Assembly (NCBI RefSeq): GCF_006345805.1
Contig: NC_042998.1
Location: forward strand, 68,138,001-68,202,000
Direction: 5' to 3'
DNA from: Octopus sinensis
Lineage: Eukaryota
Length of the DNA stretch: 64,000 bases
Positions 27,938-40,240 of this stretch are shown one piece after another. The notes under the pieces were generated by a model that made no database searches, was not told where the DNA came from, and saw only the letters and a program-made list of their open reading frames with translations. The stretch's first letter is position 1; each line of letters starts with the position of its first letter. Position numbers and translations under genes: made by a program.

Positions 27938-28915
27938 AGGTGGCGAGCTGGCAGTATCGTTAGCACGCTGGATGAAATGCTTCACGGTATTTTGTCTGCA
28001 GCTACGTTCTGCACGCTGGGCGAAATGCTTAGCGACATTTCGCCCGTCGTTACATTCTGAGTTCAAATTCTGCTGAGATTGACTTTGCTTTCATCCTTTC
28101 GGGGGTTGATAAAATAAGTACCAGTTGATTACTGGAATCCATTTAAGCGACCAAAAGCCTTCCCCAAAATTCAGGACTTGTGCCTTTAGTAGAAAGTATT
28201 ATTATAAAGGCGGTGTGCTGGCAGAATCGTTAGCACGCTGGGCGAAATGCTTAGCGGTAATTCGCCTGCCGCTACGTTCTGAGTTCAAATTCCACCGAGG
28301 TCGACTTTGCTTTTCATCCTTTCCCAGTCGATTAAATAAGTACCAGTTACACACTGGGTTCGATATAATCGACTTAATCCGTTTGTCTGTCCTTGTTTAT
28401 CCCCTCTGTGTGTAGCTCTTTGTGGGCAGTAAAGAAATACGAAATGTTAACACGCTGGACGAAATGCTTAGCGGTATTCCGCCCGTCGCTACGTTCTGAG
28501 TTCAAGTTCCACCGAGGTCGACTTTGCTTTTCATCCTTTCCGGGCCGATAAATTAAGTACCAGTGAAACTCTGGGGCCGATGTAATCGACTAGACCCACC
28601 CCCAAAAATTTCAGGCCTTGTGCCTAAAGTAAAAAAGATTATTATTGTTACTGATTATTGTTGGTGTCATTATAGTTGTTGTTGTTGTTGTTGTTGTAAA
28701 AGCGGCGAGATGGCAGAATCGTTAGCATGCTGGACGAAACGCTTAGTGGTATTTCACCCGTCGCTACGTTCTGAGTTCAAATTCCGCCGAGGTCGACTTT
28801 GCCTTTTATTCTTTCGAGGTCGATTAAATAAGTACCAGTGAAACACTGAGCTCGATATAATCGACTAATCCCCTTCCCAAAAATTTCAGGCCTTGTGCCA
28901 ATAATAGAAATGATT
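27938..28915 (+). mobile_element. Head-to-tail cluster of 4-5 SINE family A copies
   Basis: Family A starts recur at about 27938, 28010 (partial), 28208, 28445 and 28700. Confidence 0.88.
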
Positions 28916-28976
28916 ATAGTTGTTGTTGTTGTTTATGCTTACATTTTCATCTTTTTTATATATATTTCTTGTTCAG

Positions 28977-29137
28977 CTGATGAATCCACACGCTCTAAAG
29001 CCGCCATTCCGGTTCGCTACAACACCAAACGGAAGTACTGAAACTAACTTGAAAACGAACTACCCGAGTATGTATAGATATATGAGTAAGTTTAACCAGC
29101 GTGACGTCACAGAAGGAATATATGCTTTGAAGAAAAA
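28977..29137 (+). CDS. GRIN2: GluN2-type exon, first part of S2 ligand-binding segment
   Basis: Acceptor ttcttgttcAG, donor GTAAGC at 29138. LMNPHALKPPFRFATTPNGSTETNLKTNYPSMYRYMSKFNQRDVTEGIYALKK matches the GluN2 pattern PPFRFGTVPNGSTE..I..NYP.MH.YM. Phase 0 start fits the previous exon; the exon ends in phase 2. Confidence 0.95.
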
Positions 29138-30204
29138 GTAAGCCGTCATACTATTATCTAGAGTGTGTTAGTGAGGCAGTGAGGTGTCTGTTGTAATGCA
29201 TAACTTGGTTATATTAATTTATTCTTGGCAATGAATGTGGTGCTGTGTAAATGTGATTTCTCTGTTTCCGTGTTTGCGTAAACCCAATAAACTTCTCTGT
29301 TAGAGATGTCAGCCTATATGGGTTGCAATGTATAAATAAAGCTGGATCACTAAACATAGTCATGACAAATTGAAGAACTCCCCAACTGCTGATGGAACAC
29401 ATAAATCGAGATAAGGGAAGAACAATCGACTGCAGTCATAATTCTAAATGTGGTAAAATGATAAACAAATGGCAATTGAATTAAGCATAATGGCGATTAA
29501 GGTAGTGCGGGCTTAAAAATAGTAACCAGTGGAATTAACAATCAGTAACTGTATAGTGGAGCTGTTAAAAATAGCATAACTCAAACATACCATTATCATA
29601 GTCTTGATTCTTTTATTTCAGTCAGTGACCTGCAGCCATGCTGCAGCATCGTCTTCAATGTTTGGGTCAAACGAATCAGACAAACCGAACCCAGTACTTA
29701 GTCAATTTTTAAAGCCTCGTAATGATTCTCCCGGTTCCTTTTGACGAATCGCTATAAACATACACACACCACACTGATTATCAGTTACAATAGAGACCAA
29801 CACAACGATATGCACATATATATATATATAAAAGAGCGATAGTACAATTTAAAATACCATCGCTAGTGACAGCGAATACAAGCCGTACAGGCAACTTAAT
29901 AATAATTATATATATATATATATATAAGGATACTACATGAGAACCTGCATCGCTAAAAATAGGGAGAATTCACCAAAAAAAACACAAGACGAAGACAGGT
30001 GGTGTAGACAACAAAAAGATGTATTTGTATAACGCACGTGAAGTGGAAGAGTTTTTAACGTTTCGAGCCTACGCTCTTCCACAGAAAGGAACACAGAAAG
30101 AAACAAGGAGAGAAAATAAAGAATGTATAGTGACTACCGCGGAGTAAGCACATAAATGTGAAACAAGATGGAAATAAGTGTACTCAAATACCAGAGGTAG
30201 AGAA

Positions 30205-30372
30205 ATATGCTTTCATTAAAAGCAGCAGAAATATAACAAATGCTGCTACCCAGAGTTTCACGTTCCCGTTCGTCGGACAGTTTTTTTTATAACACAACTG
30301 TCTGACAAACGGGAACGTGGAACTTTGAGTAACGGCTTTTGTTATATTTCTTCTACTTCTAAATAAAGTATA
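30205..30372. repeat. Inverted repeat, ~75-bp arms, each with a hammerhead-like motif
   Basis: ...cagagtttcacgttcccgttcgtcggacagtt and aactgtctgacaaacgggaacgtggaactttgag...; (TA)n on the right. Confidence 0.8.
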
Positions 30373-30722
30373 TATATATATATATATATAAGGATAAGAT
30401 CGTGAATTTAAATATCGATCTTATCAAGTGTTGTGTGTATATATATATGTGTATTTATGTTACTTTCTGCGTATATTCCACTGCAGAGGCAAAGCATTTC
30501 TTATGCAAAGCCAGAAATCTGGGATCGGGAATTATCCAGCAATTTTTTGCTAGTTTATTTTGTCTTTTTGTCTTACCTCATGGTGTTGTATGAATATTTA
30601 ATGTGGTTTTAGAGTCAGGTTTTGGCTGCTATTTCCAGCGTGGCAGTATCTCTTAGATACCCTAAATTATAATGTTAATATATATATATATATACACATA
30701 CATACATACATACATACATACA

Positions 30723-30755
<33 letters not shown>

Positions 30756-31291
30756 TCACATACGTACGCATATATACGCATGTATATATCATTATTATTC
30801 ATATATTATTATTATTCATATATTATTATTATTATTATTATTATTATCTCGCTTTGGCGTAACAATACGAATATGCTGGTGTTAGAACTCAGTATAAATA
30901 TACTGGAGTACGAAGTGTCAGTCGAGTACAGAGCAGTAATAAGAAAGTAGAATAACAAAGGAATAATTAATTATGAAATGGACTTCATTAGCTTACAACT
31001 ATTTCTGCTATATGAGGCACCGCACTCATAGATGAATGCTTGTGTCACCCTATAGCTTAATACAGTAATACCTTCAATTTAGAGAACACTTAACATCAGT
31101 AAAATAGTGATTCCAACTCGTGGTTTAGCTTTTCCATTATTTGAATACTGTTTTTGTTTTTTGTTTTTTTACTTCAGACACCGTCCCCATTTTACCAACG
31201 CCTGTTCCCCATCTTTAAACAATATCTAGAAACGGCGTTATTTCTTCTTTTGCTTATCTCGCGTATATATTTCTTTCACAACAGCTTCGAG

Positions 31292-31810
31292 TGGAGGCGC
31301 AATGTTCCAGTGGTTAGGGCAGCGGACTCGCGGTTGTAAGAACGCGGTTTCGATTCCCAGACCGGGCATTGTGAGTGTTTATTGAGCAAAAACACCTAAG
31401 ATCCACGAGGCTCCGGTGGGAGGGTGGTGAACCCCGCTGTACTCTTTTACCACAACTTTTTTTCACTCTTTCTTCCTATTTCTGCCACAAAGCAGAGGAA
31501 CCGTGGTGTAACCCACTATGATGTAGTAAACTTTCAGACCCTAGTCTATATTGCGAATCCTCTGTACCCCAGGATGGTTCAGCTCTCCATCCGTTAAAAG
31601 CTACCGTTTACAGAATGAGGATAACAACGTAGCTTTTGCGCCCGTGCAACCGCCAGTCTATCGCGTGTGGTGGGTGGATCTTCAAGTTGCCACACGCATT
31701 CTTAGTAGCTTAGAGTAGGCTCGAATTAGAGATTATTCTTTGTGGCTAATGGCGTGAGTCCTGATTGGAAGAAGAAGAAGAAGAAGAAGAAGAAGAAGAA
31801 GAAGAAGAAG
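31292..31810 (+). mobile_element. tRNA-headed SINE-like element ending in (AAG)n
   Basis: Head TGGAGGCGCAATGTTCCAGTGGTTAG...GGTTTCGATTCC, a GC-richer body and an (AAG)n tail. It may be two adjacent elements. Confidence 0.6.
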
Positions 31811-32197
31811 GCAGCATCTCTTGCTCTCAACAAAGTCTCGCTGAATAATACTGTCTGTCATCCTCTCTTCTTCCTTTTTACACAACGCTTGATCAATCTT
31901 TTACGCACACACAAACGCACACACGCACACATACACACACACTGCCATTCAGTACAAATACATAGAATGTCAGACACATCGACCGTATTGATCTCATTTT
32001 ATGGAACCTAATCACTTTCCATCCTTCTATGACTAATTAATTAAAACAATACGTCCAATAAATATAACAGCATTATTCAGTCTACATGCATTATTACTAC
32101 ATTACGGATTTATATATCTGGATATTTATCTATATTATTCTTTCCGTCTCTCTAACACTATCATGATTTTTCCCAACAAATATATATTCTCTCTCTG

Positions 32198-32237
<40 letters not shown>

Positions 32238-32839
32238 CGCACACATGACGTAATATAAATACGAGCTGTATGACTATAAATGTCAAGATGTCAACTGAAT
32301 GTAATTTAGAAGGCCACATACTTAAAGTTAAGATAAAATTGCTTTCACTTACAGCTTCTTTAAATTATTTACTATCTCCGTTTTGTTAACAACCATTACT
32401 ATTTTATAAACTGTTTTATGGAGAATATTAAACGCGTCTGTGCAATAAGTTATTTTGCTTTTACATTTTCATTCACCTTTCGAAGAAACAACAACATTTT
32501 TTTTAAATTTTATGAGCCTTCCTCACTTCCTGTTCTCTTATTCTTTTTACTTTCACATAGTTAGATGCCTAGATAAATATGCCCTCACTTCAACACGCTG
32601 AAATATAAATGTCAGAAGCTATCTTTAATCACATCGTCACCATCCTCCTTCAAAATGTCAATAATAGACTTCCCCCACCACCACCACCACCACCACGTAC
32701 ACACCATTCAGTGCATGACATTACTACAGACGATATAATTTCTAGGACCTATTTTTCTCATTATGACCTCTACACTACTACAGACCCATAATGTACTCTA
32801 AAAAAACAGCGATTATTAAAGGAAGAAAGCGACGGACTA

Positions 32840-33275
32840 GTAGAATAAGTGGCGGCTGGACGTAATGCTTAGAGACATTTCTTCCGGTCGTACGTTCAAA
32901 TCCCGCTGAGCTCGACTTTGCGTTTCATTCTTTTCGGAGTCGCAACAGTAAATATCAGCTGCCCACTGGGGTCGATGTAATCGATACATCCCCTTCCTCC
33001 AAAATTTTAGGCTTTGTAATGCTTCACCAAAAACTCCCTCATTATATCAGAAATATTCTTTTCTACTCTAGGCACAAGGCCCGAAATGTTGGGGAAGTGG
33101 GTAGGCAGCCGATTAGTTCGATTCTAGTACGCAACTGGTACTTAATTTGTCGACCCCGACAGGATGGAAGGCAAAGTCGACCTCGGCGGAATTTGAACTC
33201 AGAACGTAACGGCAGACGTAATACCGCTATGCATTTCGCCCTGTGTGCTAAGGATTCTGCCAACTCGCCGCCTTC
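32840..33275. mobile_element. Tail-to-tail pair of SINE family A copies
   Basis: Diverged + copy at about 32840-33015 and well-preserved - copy at about 33066-33275. Confidence 0.8.
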
Positions 33276-33560
33276 TTCTAACAGAGATATTTTAAGGCCA
33301 AGATATAAGAAATGCCTCAGTTTGGCAAAATCGTTGGGGCTTTGTAGAAATACTTGGTGGTATTGGTTCCGTTCAAGTAAATTTTTCATCCCTTGGATGT
33401 CAATAAAGTAGTAATCAATTGCTGAGGTCGATATAATCGATACAGCCGCCCTCTCTCTCTCCTTTTCTCTCTCTCACTCTCTCCCTTTCCCTCCCTCTCC
33501 GACTTTCTTTTGCTCTCCATCTCTCTCTCTTTTTCTCTCTTCTTCCCTTCCTCTCCTTCT

Positions 33561-33660
33561 NNNNNNNNNNNNNNNNNNNNNNNNNNNNNNNNNNNNNNNN
33601 NNNNNNNNNNNNNNNNNNNNNNNNNNNNNNNNNNNNNNNNNNNNNNNNNNNNNNNNNNNN
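33561..33660. other. Assembly gap (100 N placeholder)
   Basis: Run of 100 N next to a CT-rich tract. Confidence 0.99.
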
Positions 33661-33679
33661 CGCCAATGATACACACACG

Positions 33680-33952
33680 GAGCACTCCGTCAGTTACGAC
33701 GACGAGGGTCCCAGATCATTCCACAGACACGTGCACCCTTAACGTAGTTCTCAGGGAGATTCAGTGTGATACAGAATGTGACAAGGCTTGCCCTTTGAAA
33801 TACAGGTACTACTCATTCTTGCCAGCTGGAAGAACTGAAGCAATGTGAAATAAAGTGTCTTGCTCAAGAACACAACGTATCGTCCAGGAATTGAACTTAC
33901 GACCTTACGATCGTGAGCGCCGAATACCCTGACTACTAAGCCACGCGCCTTC
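33680..33952 (-). mobile_element. SINE family C
   Basis: Same head and body as 24790-25127. Confidence 0.8.
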
Positions 33953-33972
33953 GTCATATATATATATCCATC

Positions 33973-34033
<61 letters not shown>

Positions 34034-34034
<1 letters not shown>

Positions 34035-34396
34035 TGTTTCTTTATTAGCCACACAGGGCTGCACACAGATAGAACAATTACAAGGTAGAGCTTTTCTTTT
34101 GAAGTTTAAAAAAAAAAAAGAAAGAAAACAGGAAGGGGGTTTCGATCAAAAGGGATCGTAAAAGGAGAGAAAGAGGACAAAAAAAGGGGGGTTAAAAAAA
34201 AAAAAGGGGAGAGGAAAAAAAAATTTGATCAATAGGGATCGTTATCACAGAAATGTCAATATGAAGTGTAAAGGGGAGGACAGGTGAGGTTACCCGTGAA
34301 AGAAAAGCCTACGGAAAAGACCACGTAACCTCGGTCAATGAGTCACATGTTTATTTCTTTTTTTTTTTTTTTTTTTTTGCAAATAAGCAACTCTCT

Positions 34397-34397
<1 letters not shown>
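34034..34397 (-). mobile_element. Second, shorter copy (3' UTR only) of the Tx1/L1-type element, within (GATA)n
   Basis: Near-identical to 9901-10257, with the same 3' junction and (GATA)n on both sides. Confidence 0.9.
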
Positions 34398-34486
<89 letters not shown>

Positions 34487-34681
34487 TTTATCATCACATA
34501 TCACATTGATATTTTTTTATGTATCACCCAAGGTCACCCATCTCTTAAAACGGTATCGCATATTCCAAATAAATTCGATGAAATCAAGACCCCCTATGAC
34601 TGGTGCAAACTTTATCAATCCTGGTAGAATTTAAACTCAAAACCACACACACCCACACACCACCACACACACACACATCAC

Positions 34682-34734
<53 letters not shown>

Positions 34735-34775
34735 ATATTATATATATATATGTATAATAATAATAATAAATAATA

Positions 34776-35224
34776 TGTTTACAATTACCAATAGTCAATG
34801 TAAAAACTCTGAGTTTCAGATGCCGAAGTGGAAATCCACAACACTATCTCTTCGGTTATCTGGCCATCTGAAAAACGCTATGAAAGAATACCGTTATATA
34901 AAGGGAAATTACTGTGTTGTAATTCTGCTACTTATATAAATTAAGATTAAAAGTTCATAGTAAACGCGTAAACATAGCTAGCCATGTTTACGTGTTTACT
35001 ATGAAGGCATTTGCCCAAGTGCCATGTTTACGTGTTTACTATGAACTTTTAATCTTAATTTATATAAGTAGCAGAATTATAACACAGTAATTTCCCTTTA
35101 TATAACGGTATTTCTTCATAGCGTTTTTCAGATGGCCAGATAACCGAAGAGATGGTATTGTGTATTTCCACTTCGGCATCTGAAACTCAGAGTTTTATCT
35201 TGACTATTGCGTAATTGTAACATA
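34776..35224. repeat. Inverted repeat, ~200-bp arms with a ~40-nt spacer, embedded in (TA)n
   Basis: 34776-34980 is the reverse complement of 35021-35224 with few mismatches. Confidence 0.92.
35139..35199 (+). ncRNA. Hammerhead-like motif with CCGAAGA core
   Basis: GATAA-CCGAAGA-GATG...CATC-T-GAA-ACTC-A-GAGT-T-TTATC: all three stems pair. An inverted copy is at 34801-34860. Confidence 0.6.
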
Positions 35225-35311
35225 TTATTTTATAGATAAATTTCCTCTATTTACATAATATTGAGGTCTCTTTCTTTTGTTATCTTAACGTTTTTACCTA
35301 TATATAATACG

Positions 35312-35381
<70 letters not shown>

Positions 35382-35532
35382 ATATATGACACACCGTATT
35401 CATTTCAACATCATTCGTTCCTGCTTGACCCGTGAATATGATTAATAACAACAAACGAGTACTTAGTTTGCCTACATGATTAATGGGGGACAAAGGTATA
35501 TATTACATCCTTACTTCTACCACTACTGCCAT

Positions 35533-35588
<56 letters not shown>

Positions 35589-35600
35589 TTATATTATCAA

Positions 35601-35654
<54 letters not shown>

Positions 35655-35747
35655 TGTTATTCATTCAGATTATATATTCCTTTCTCGTCACTCATGACTT
35701 TTTCTTTTTTTAAAGTTTCTTTTACGTTATATTTTCGATGCTTTATA

Positions 35748-35812
<65 letters not shown>

Positions 35813-35981
35813 TGATTTTTGCACTTTTTGAAATATTTTCTTTCTTCTTTTCCAATATTTATCGAAGTTTATTTTTCTTCTCTTATATGCCTCTACAGAA
35901 TTTTCGGATAACAATATAGAGATAATTGACTCCTCGCTAGGCTGCGAGTTTGTGTGTGTTTACGTATATACATGTATGTGT

Positions 35982-36027
<46 letters not shown>

Positions 36028-36264
36028 CTATATATATATGTGTGTGTGTGTGTTTGTGTGTGGATGTGTGTGTGTGTGCGTGTTTGTCTGTGTGAAGGTT
36101 GACTGAATGGCTAATGAAGCGAAATAGGTAGAATAAGATGAAACGAGATAGAATACAATATATGTGAAAAATTTTAATTATCGAATCTCCGAGGCCATAG
36201 TAAGAACGCACTAAAAATGCGCATAATACGAAACGCTAATGTTTGCATGCGTATATATACAGAG

Positions 36265-36353
<89 letters not shown>

Positions 36354-36439
36354 GAGATAGATAGATAGATAGATAGATAGAAGATAGATAGATAGATAGA
36401 TAGATAGAAAACTGTATGATACATATATATATATATAAT

Positions 36440-36520
<81 letters not shown>

Positions 36521-37099
36521 CATACATATATATACGGGGGGAGAATGACGGTCAGATATATATGTTTGTTCTCAGTGTGTATACACAAACATACACACAT
36601 TCACATACATATGCCTATGTGTGTGTGCGTGTGTGTGGGTGTGGGTGTGTATATACACGCGTACGTACGTGTGTATTTGTATGGTATAAAGACCCTGCTC
36701 TCGATTGCAGAAAATTAGTCTTCATAGAACTATGTAAGCATATATATGCAGTTACACATTTATATATGTTAACATACACGCGGAATTAACATAATTTATC
36801 CAACAACTTCATAAAATAATTATTTCATGTAAGATAATTATTTAATCTAAAATTGCTCCCGACATTAATTAAAGGTTCACATTATTGTTATACTCAACAG
36901 TAGAGAAAAAAAAAGACGGGACTTACAAATCTCTTATCAACAGTAGTTTGTGGTCATGGATATATTTGTAGGAAATGATGGGTTTTCAATAAAGCTATGG
37001 CTGGAAATGAACCGAACCCATTGAGAACTTCCGATTACCAGAGAAGTTGTATATTACATAACTATGATTGAATACTAATTTCAAAGCGCACAGCTTCTT

Positions 37100-37313
37100 T
37101 ACTTCTTTCAGTCATTAGACCATTAGACTGCGGCCAAATTTTTAGTCGACCGAATCGACCCCAGTCGCTTTTTTTTTTTTTTTTTTAAGCCTGGTACTTA
37201 ATCTATCGACGTCTTTTGCTGAACCGCTATATTACAAGACAGGAACAAACCAAAACTGGTGGTGTACAAACGCAGGCACAGACTCACCAAAACAGATGCG
37301 AGCACCCTCACAC

Positions 37314-37361
<48 letters not shown>

Positions 37362-37379
37362 ACACATACATACATACAT

Positions 37380-37411
<32 letters not shown>

Positions 37412-37952
37412 GGTGCAGGAGTGGCTATGTGGTAGGAAGCTTGTTTCCTAACCATACGGTTCCGGGTTCAGTCCCAATGCTTGGCACGTTGGGCAAATGC
37501 CTTCTACTATAGCCTTGGGCCGACCAAATCCTTGCCAGTGGATTTGGTAGACGGAAACTGAAAGAAGCCCGTCGTATATGTGTGTGTGTGTGTGTTTGTC
37601 CCCCACCACTGCTTGACAACTAATGCTGGTGTGTTTACGTCCCCATAATCTGGCGGTTCGGCAAAAGAGTCCGATAGAATATGTACTGAACTTACAAAGA
37701 GTAAGTCCTGGAGTTAATTAAAGACGAAATGACTGAAAGAAGTAAAAGAAAAAAAATTATATTTATATATATATATACATATACGCAACAGGCTTCTGTT
37801 AGTTTCCATCTACCAAATTCCTTCACAAGACTTTGGTCTTCCTGGGGCTAAAGTAGAAGACACTTACCCAAAGTCTCACGCAGTGGGAGTGAACCCGGAA
37901 CCATGTGATTGTGTGGTTGGGAAGCAAACTTCTTACCACACAGCCACACCTG
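37100..37952. mobile_element. Three SINE family B pieces in alternating orientation
   Basis: Minus-strand 3' half at about 37100-37300, full + copy at 37410-37745 and minus-strand 5' half at 37785-37952. Confidence 0.8.
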
Positions 37953-38446
37953 CACACACACACACAAACACACACACGTGCATCTGTGTGTATGATGTCT
38001 GTGTGTGTCTGTGTATGTGTGTGCGTCTGTGTGTGTGTGCATGTTCTCTGTGTGTCTGCGTTTCTGTGTATCTATGTGTGTTTGTGTTCATGTGTGTATT
38101 TTACTGACAGGTGAATACTTATCGAAAGCTGTGTCTTTTTTTTAATTCTTTTAATCCTATAAAATGACATTGCAGAGAGACGGTTTATTTTTTATCAAAA
38201 TCCATTAAGCCTCGCCTAAAAGCCTGCAACATGTTACAGATCCCTATAACCGATTTAGAAGAAAAGGAATGTAATATAGTTTTAACAGGGAACCTTGGTC
38301 ACAGGGATTGGTTCAACTTGAGCTAATCTTTTTTCTTTATTTTTACAGGATTCTATTTATATTTATATTTCTCTCCCTAAAACTGTAAGATGGAGGGGGA
38401 ATATTGTTGTCATTGTTGGGGTAGTTGTTGCTAATATTGATTATTA

Positions 38447-38788
38447 AGGCGGCGAGCTAGCAGAATCTTTAGCACGCCGGGTGAAATGCTTAGCGGTATT
38501 TCGTCTGCCACTCCGTTCTGAGTTCAAATTCCGCCGAGGTCGACTTTACCTTTTATACTCTCAGGATCGATAAAAATGAGTACCAGTTGATTACTAGGGT
38601 CGATGTAATCGACTTATTCCCCAAAGTTGCTGCCCATGTGTGTGGTAAGTAGCTTGCTTACGAACCACATGGTTCCGGGTTCAGTCCTACTGCGTGGCTC
38701 CTTGGGCAAGTGTCTTCTACTATAGCTTCTACTACAAAGCCTTGTGAGTGGATTTGGTTGACGGAAACTGAAAGAAGCACGTCGTATG

Positions 38789-38865
<77 letters not shown>

Positions 38866-39135
38866 GTTTGTGTGTCTGTGTTTGCCCCCCCCCCCAAAAA
38901 AAAACATCGCTTGACAACTGATGCTGGTGTGCTTACGTACCCGTAACTTAGCGGTTCGGCAAAAAAGAGACCGATAGAATAAGTACTAGGCTTACAATGA
39001 ATAAGTCCTGGGGTCGACTTTGCCTTTCATTCTTTAAAGGTCAATAAAATTAAGAATTAGTTGAACACTGGGGTTGATGTAATCGACTTACCCCTCTCCC
39101 GAAATTGCTGGCCTTGTGCCAAAATTTGAAGCCAT
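38447..39135 (+). mobile_element. Chimeric SINE stack: family A / family B / family A 3' half
   Basis: A at 38447-38630, B at 38635-39012, then a switch at the shared ggggtcga into an A 3' half. Confidence 0.8.
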
Positions 39136-39192
39136 TCTTGTTGTTTATATTATTTACATTCGACGGATATTTGTCCTCATCTTGTTTGTTGT

Positions 39193-39240
39193 TAACACAA
39201 CGTTTCAGCTGATATACCCTCCAGCCTTCATCAGGTGTCT
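39193..39240 (-). ncRNA. Type I hammerhead ribozyme motif (minimal stem III)
   Basis: Minus strand: GACAC-CTGATGA-aGGCTGG-agggtata-TCAGCT-GAA-ACGT-T-GTGTT. Stem I GACAC/GTGTT, intact core, stem II, palindromic stem III and a GUU cleavage triplet. Confidence 0.75.
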
Positions 39241-39500
39241 TGGGGAAATTTCGAACCTGGGTTTTCATTCCTAAAGTATTTTTCGATGTTATTATTATTA
39301 TTACTATAATTCAGGTCACTGCCTGGAATCGAACTCGGAATCTTGTGGTTAGTAGCCAGCGCTCTTAACCACTACGCCATATACCCCGTGGGCATATAAC
39401 ATCGAAAAATAATGTGCATAATTCCTCATCTCTTAAATATAGAACAGCATTGTTGTTGTTGTTGTTTAATATGTTTCTTTCTTCTACTTTTGTCTTTCAG

Positions 39501-39736
39501 GTGAAATGGAACGTCTCCAGAAATTCTGGTTAGCAGGAGCCTGTAAGAAGCGGGACCAAACTGGTGAATCTAGCAACTCTCTGGGAATTCTCAACTTTAC
39601 GTCTGCTTTCATTTTATTGGCTTGCGGCATGGCACTGGGCAGCATTCTATTGGTAGTTGAACATTTCTATTTCCGATTTGGACGGAAAACTTTACAGAAA
39701 TGGGATAAATGTGGTTGCTGCGGATTAGTGAGCTTG
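39501..39736 (+). CDS. GRIN2: GluN2-type exon, end of S2, M4 and juxtamembrane C-tail
   Basis: Acceptor tttgtctttcAG, donor GTAAGT at 39737. (G)EMERLQKFWLAGACKKRDQTGESSNSLGILNFTSAFILLACGMALGSILLVVEHFYFRFGRKTLQKWDKCGCCGLVSL contains WL.G.C and a hydrophobic M4 followed by EH. Confidence 0.95.
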
Positions 39737-39795
39737 GTAAGTAGATTATGTCATATATTACATTAGACTAGGCTATGTTATGTTATATCACATAT

Positions 39796-39997
39796 AAGGC
39801 GGTGAGCTGGCAGAAACGCTAGCACGCCGGGCGAAATGCTTAGCGGTATTTCGTCTGCCGTTACGTTCTGAGTTCAAATTCCGCCAAGGTCGACTTTGCT
39901 CTTCATCATTTCGGCATCGATAAATAAAGTACCAGTTACGCACTGGGGTCGATATAATCGACTTAATCCGTTTGTCTGTCCTTGTTTGTCCCCTCTG
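39796..39997 (+). mobile_element. SINE family A, 60 nt downstream of the M4 exon
   Basis: Near-consensus family A head and core. Confidence 0.85.
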
Positions 39998-40240
39998 TGA
40001 CTTCTTTGGATAACTTCCAGAAATTACTGACCTGGCAGCGCCACTCAGAAGACACTCCTGGTTCGAGATAAACTCTGTAGGTATGAAACTGTTCGAAATG
40101 CAAGCAAAGCAACAAAACCGTTCTATACTCATACAGTATCCAAACATCTCTGACTTGTAGAGCTATGTCGAACAGCTATTGTCCCCGGCGGGATTTGAAT
40201 TGTTGTTCTTGTTGGAAGGAATTTGAAAGCATTTATTTGC
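39998..40240 (+). mobile_element. Old diverged Tx1/L1-type fragment
   Basis: gataacttccagaaattactgacctggcag...gttcgagataaactctgtagg...ctctgacttgtagagctatgtcgaacagctattgtc aligns by eye to the DNFQRSLAWQ...VRDKLYR...SDLWACVEQLLS region of the element at 9901. Confidence 0.6.

Noticed and set aside
39310-39385. tRNA gene call for the tRNA-like heads (also 20900, 25050, 31292)
   Set aside because: They lack complete acceptor stems and run into repeat bodies, so they are SINE heads rather than tRNA genes.
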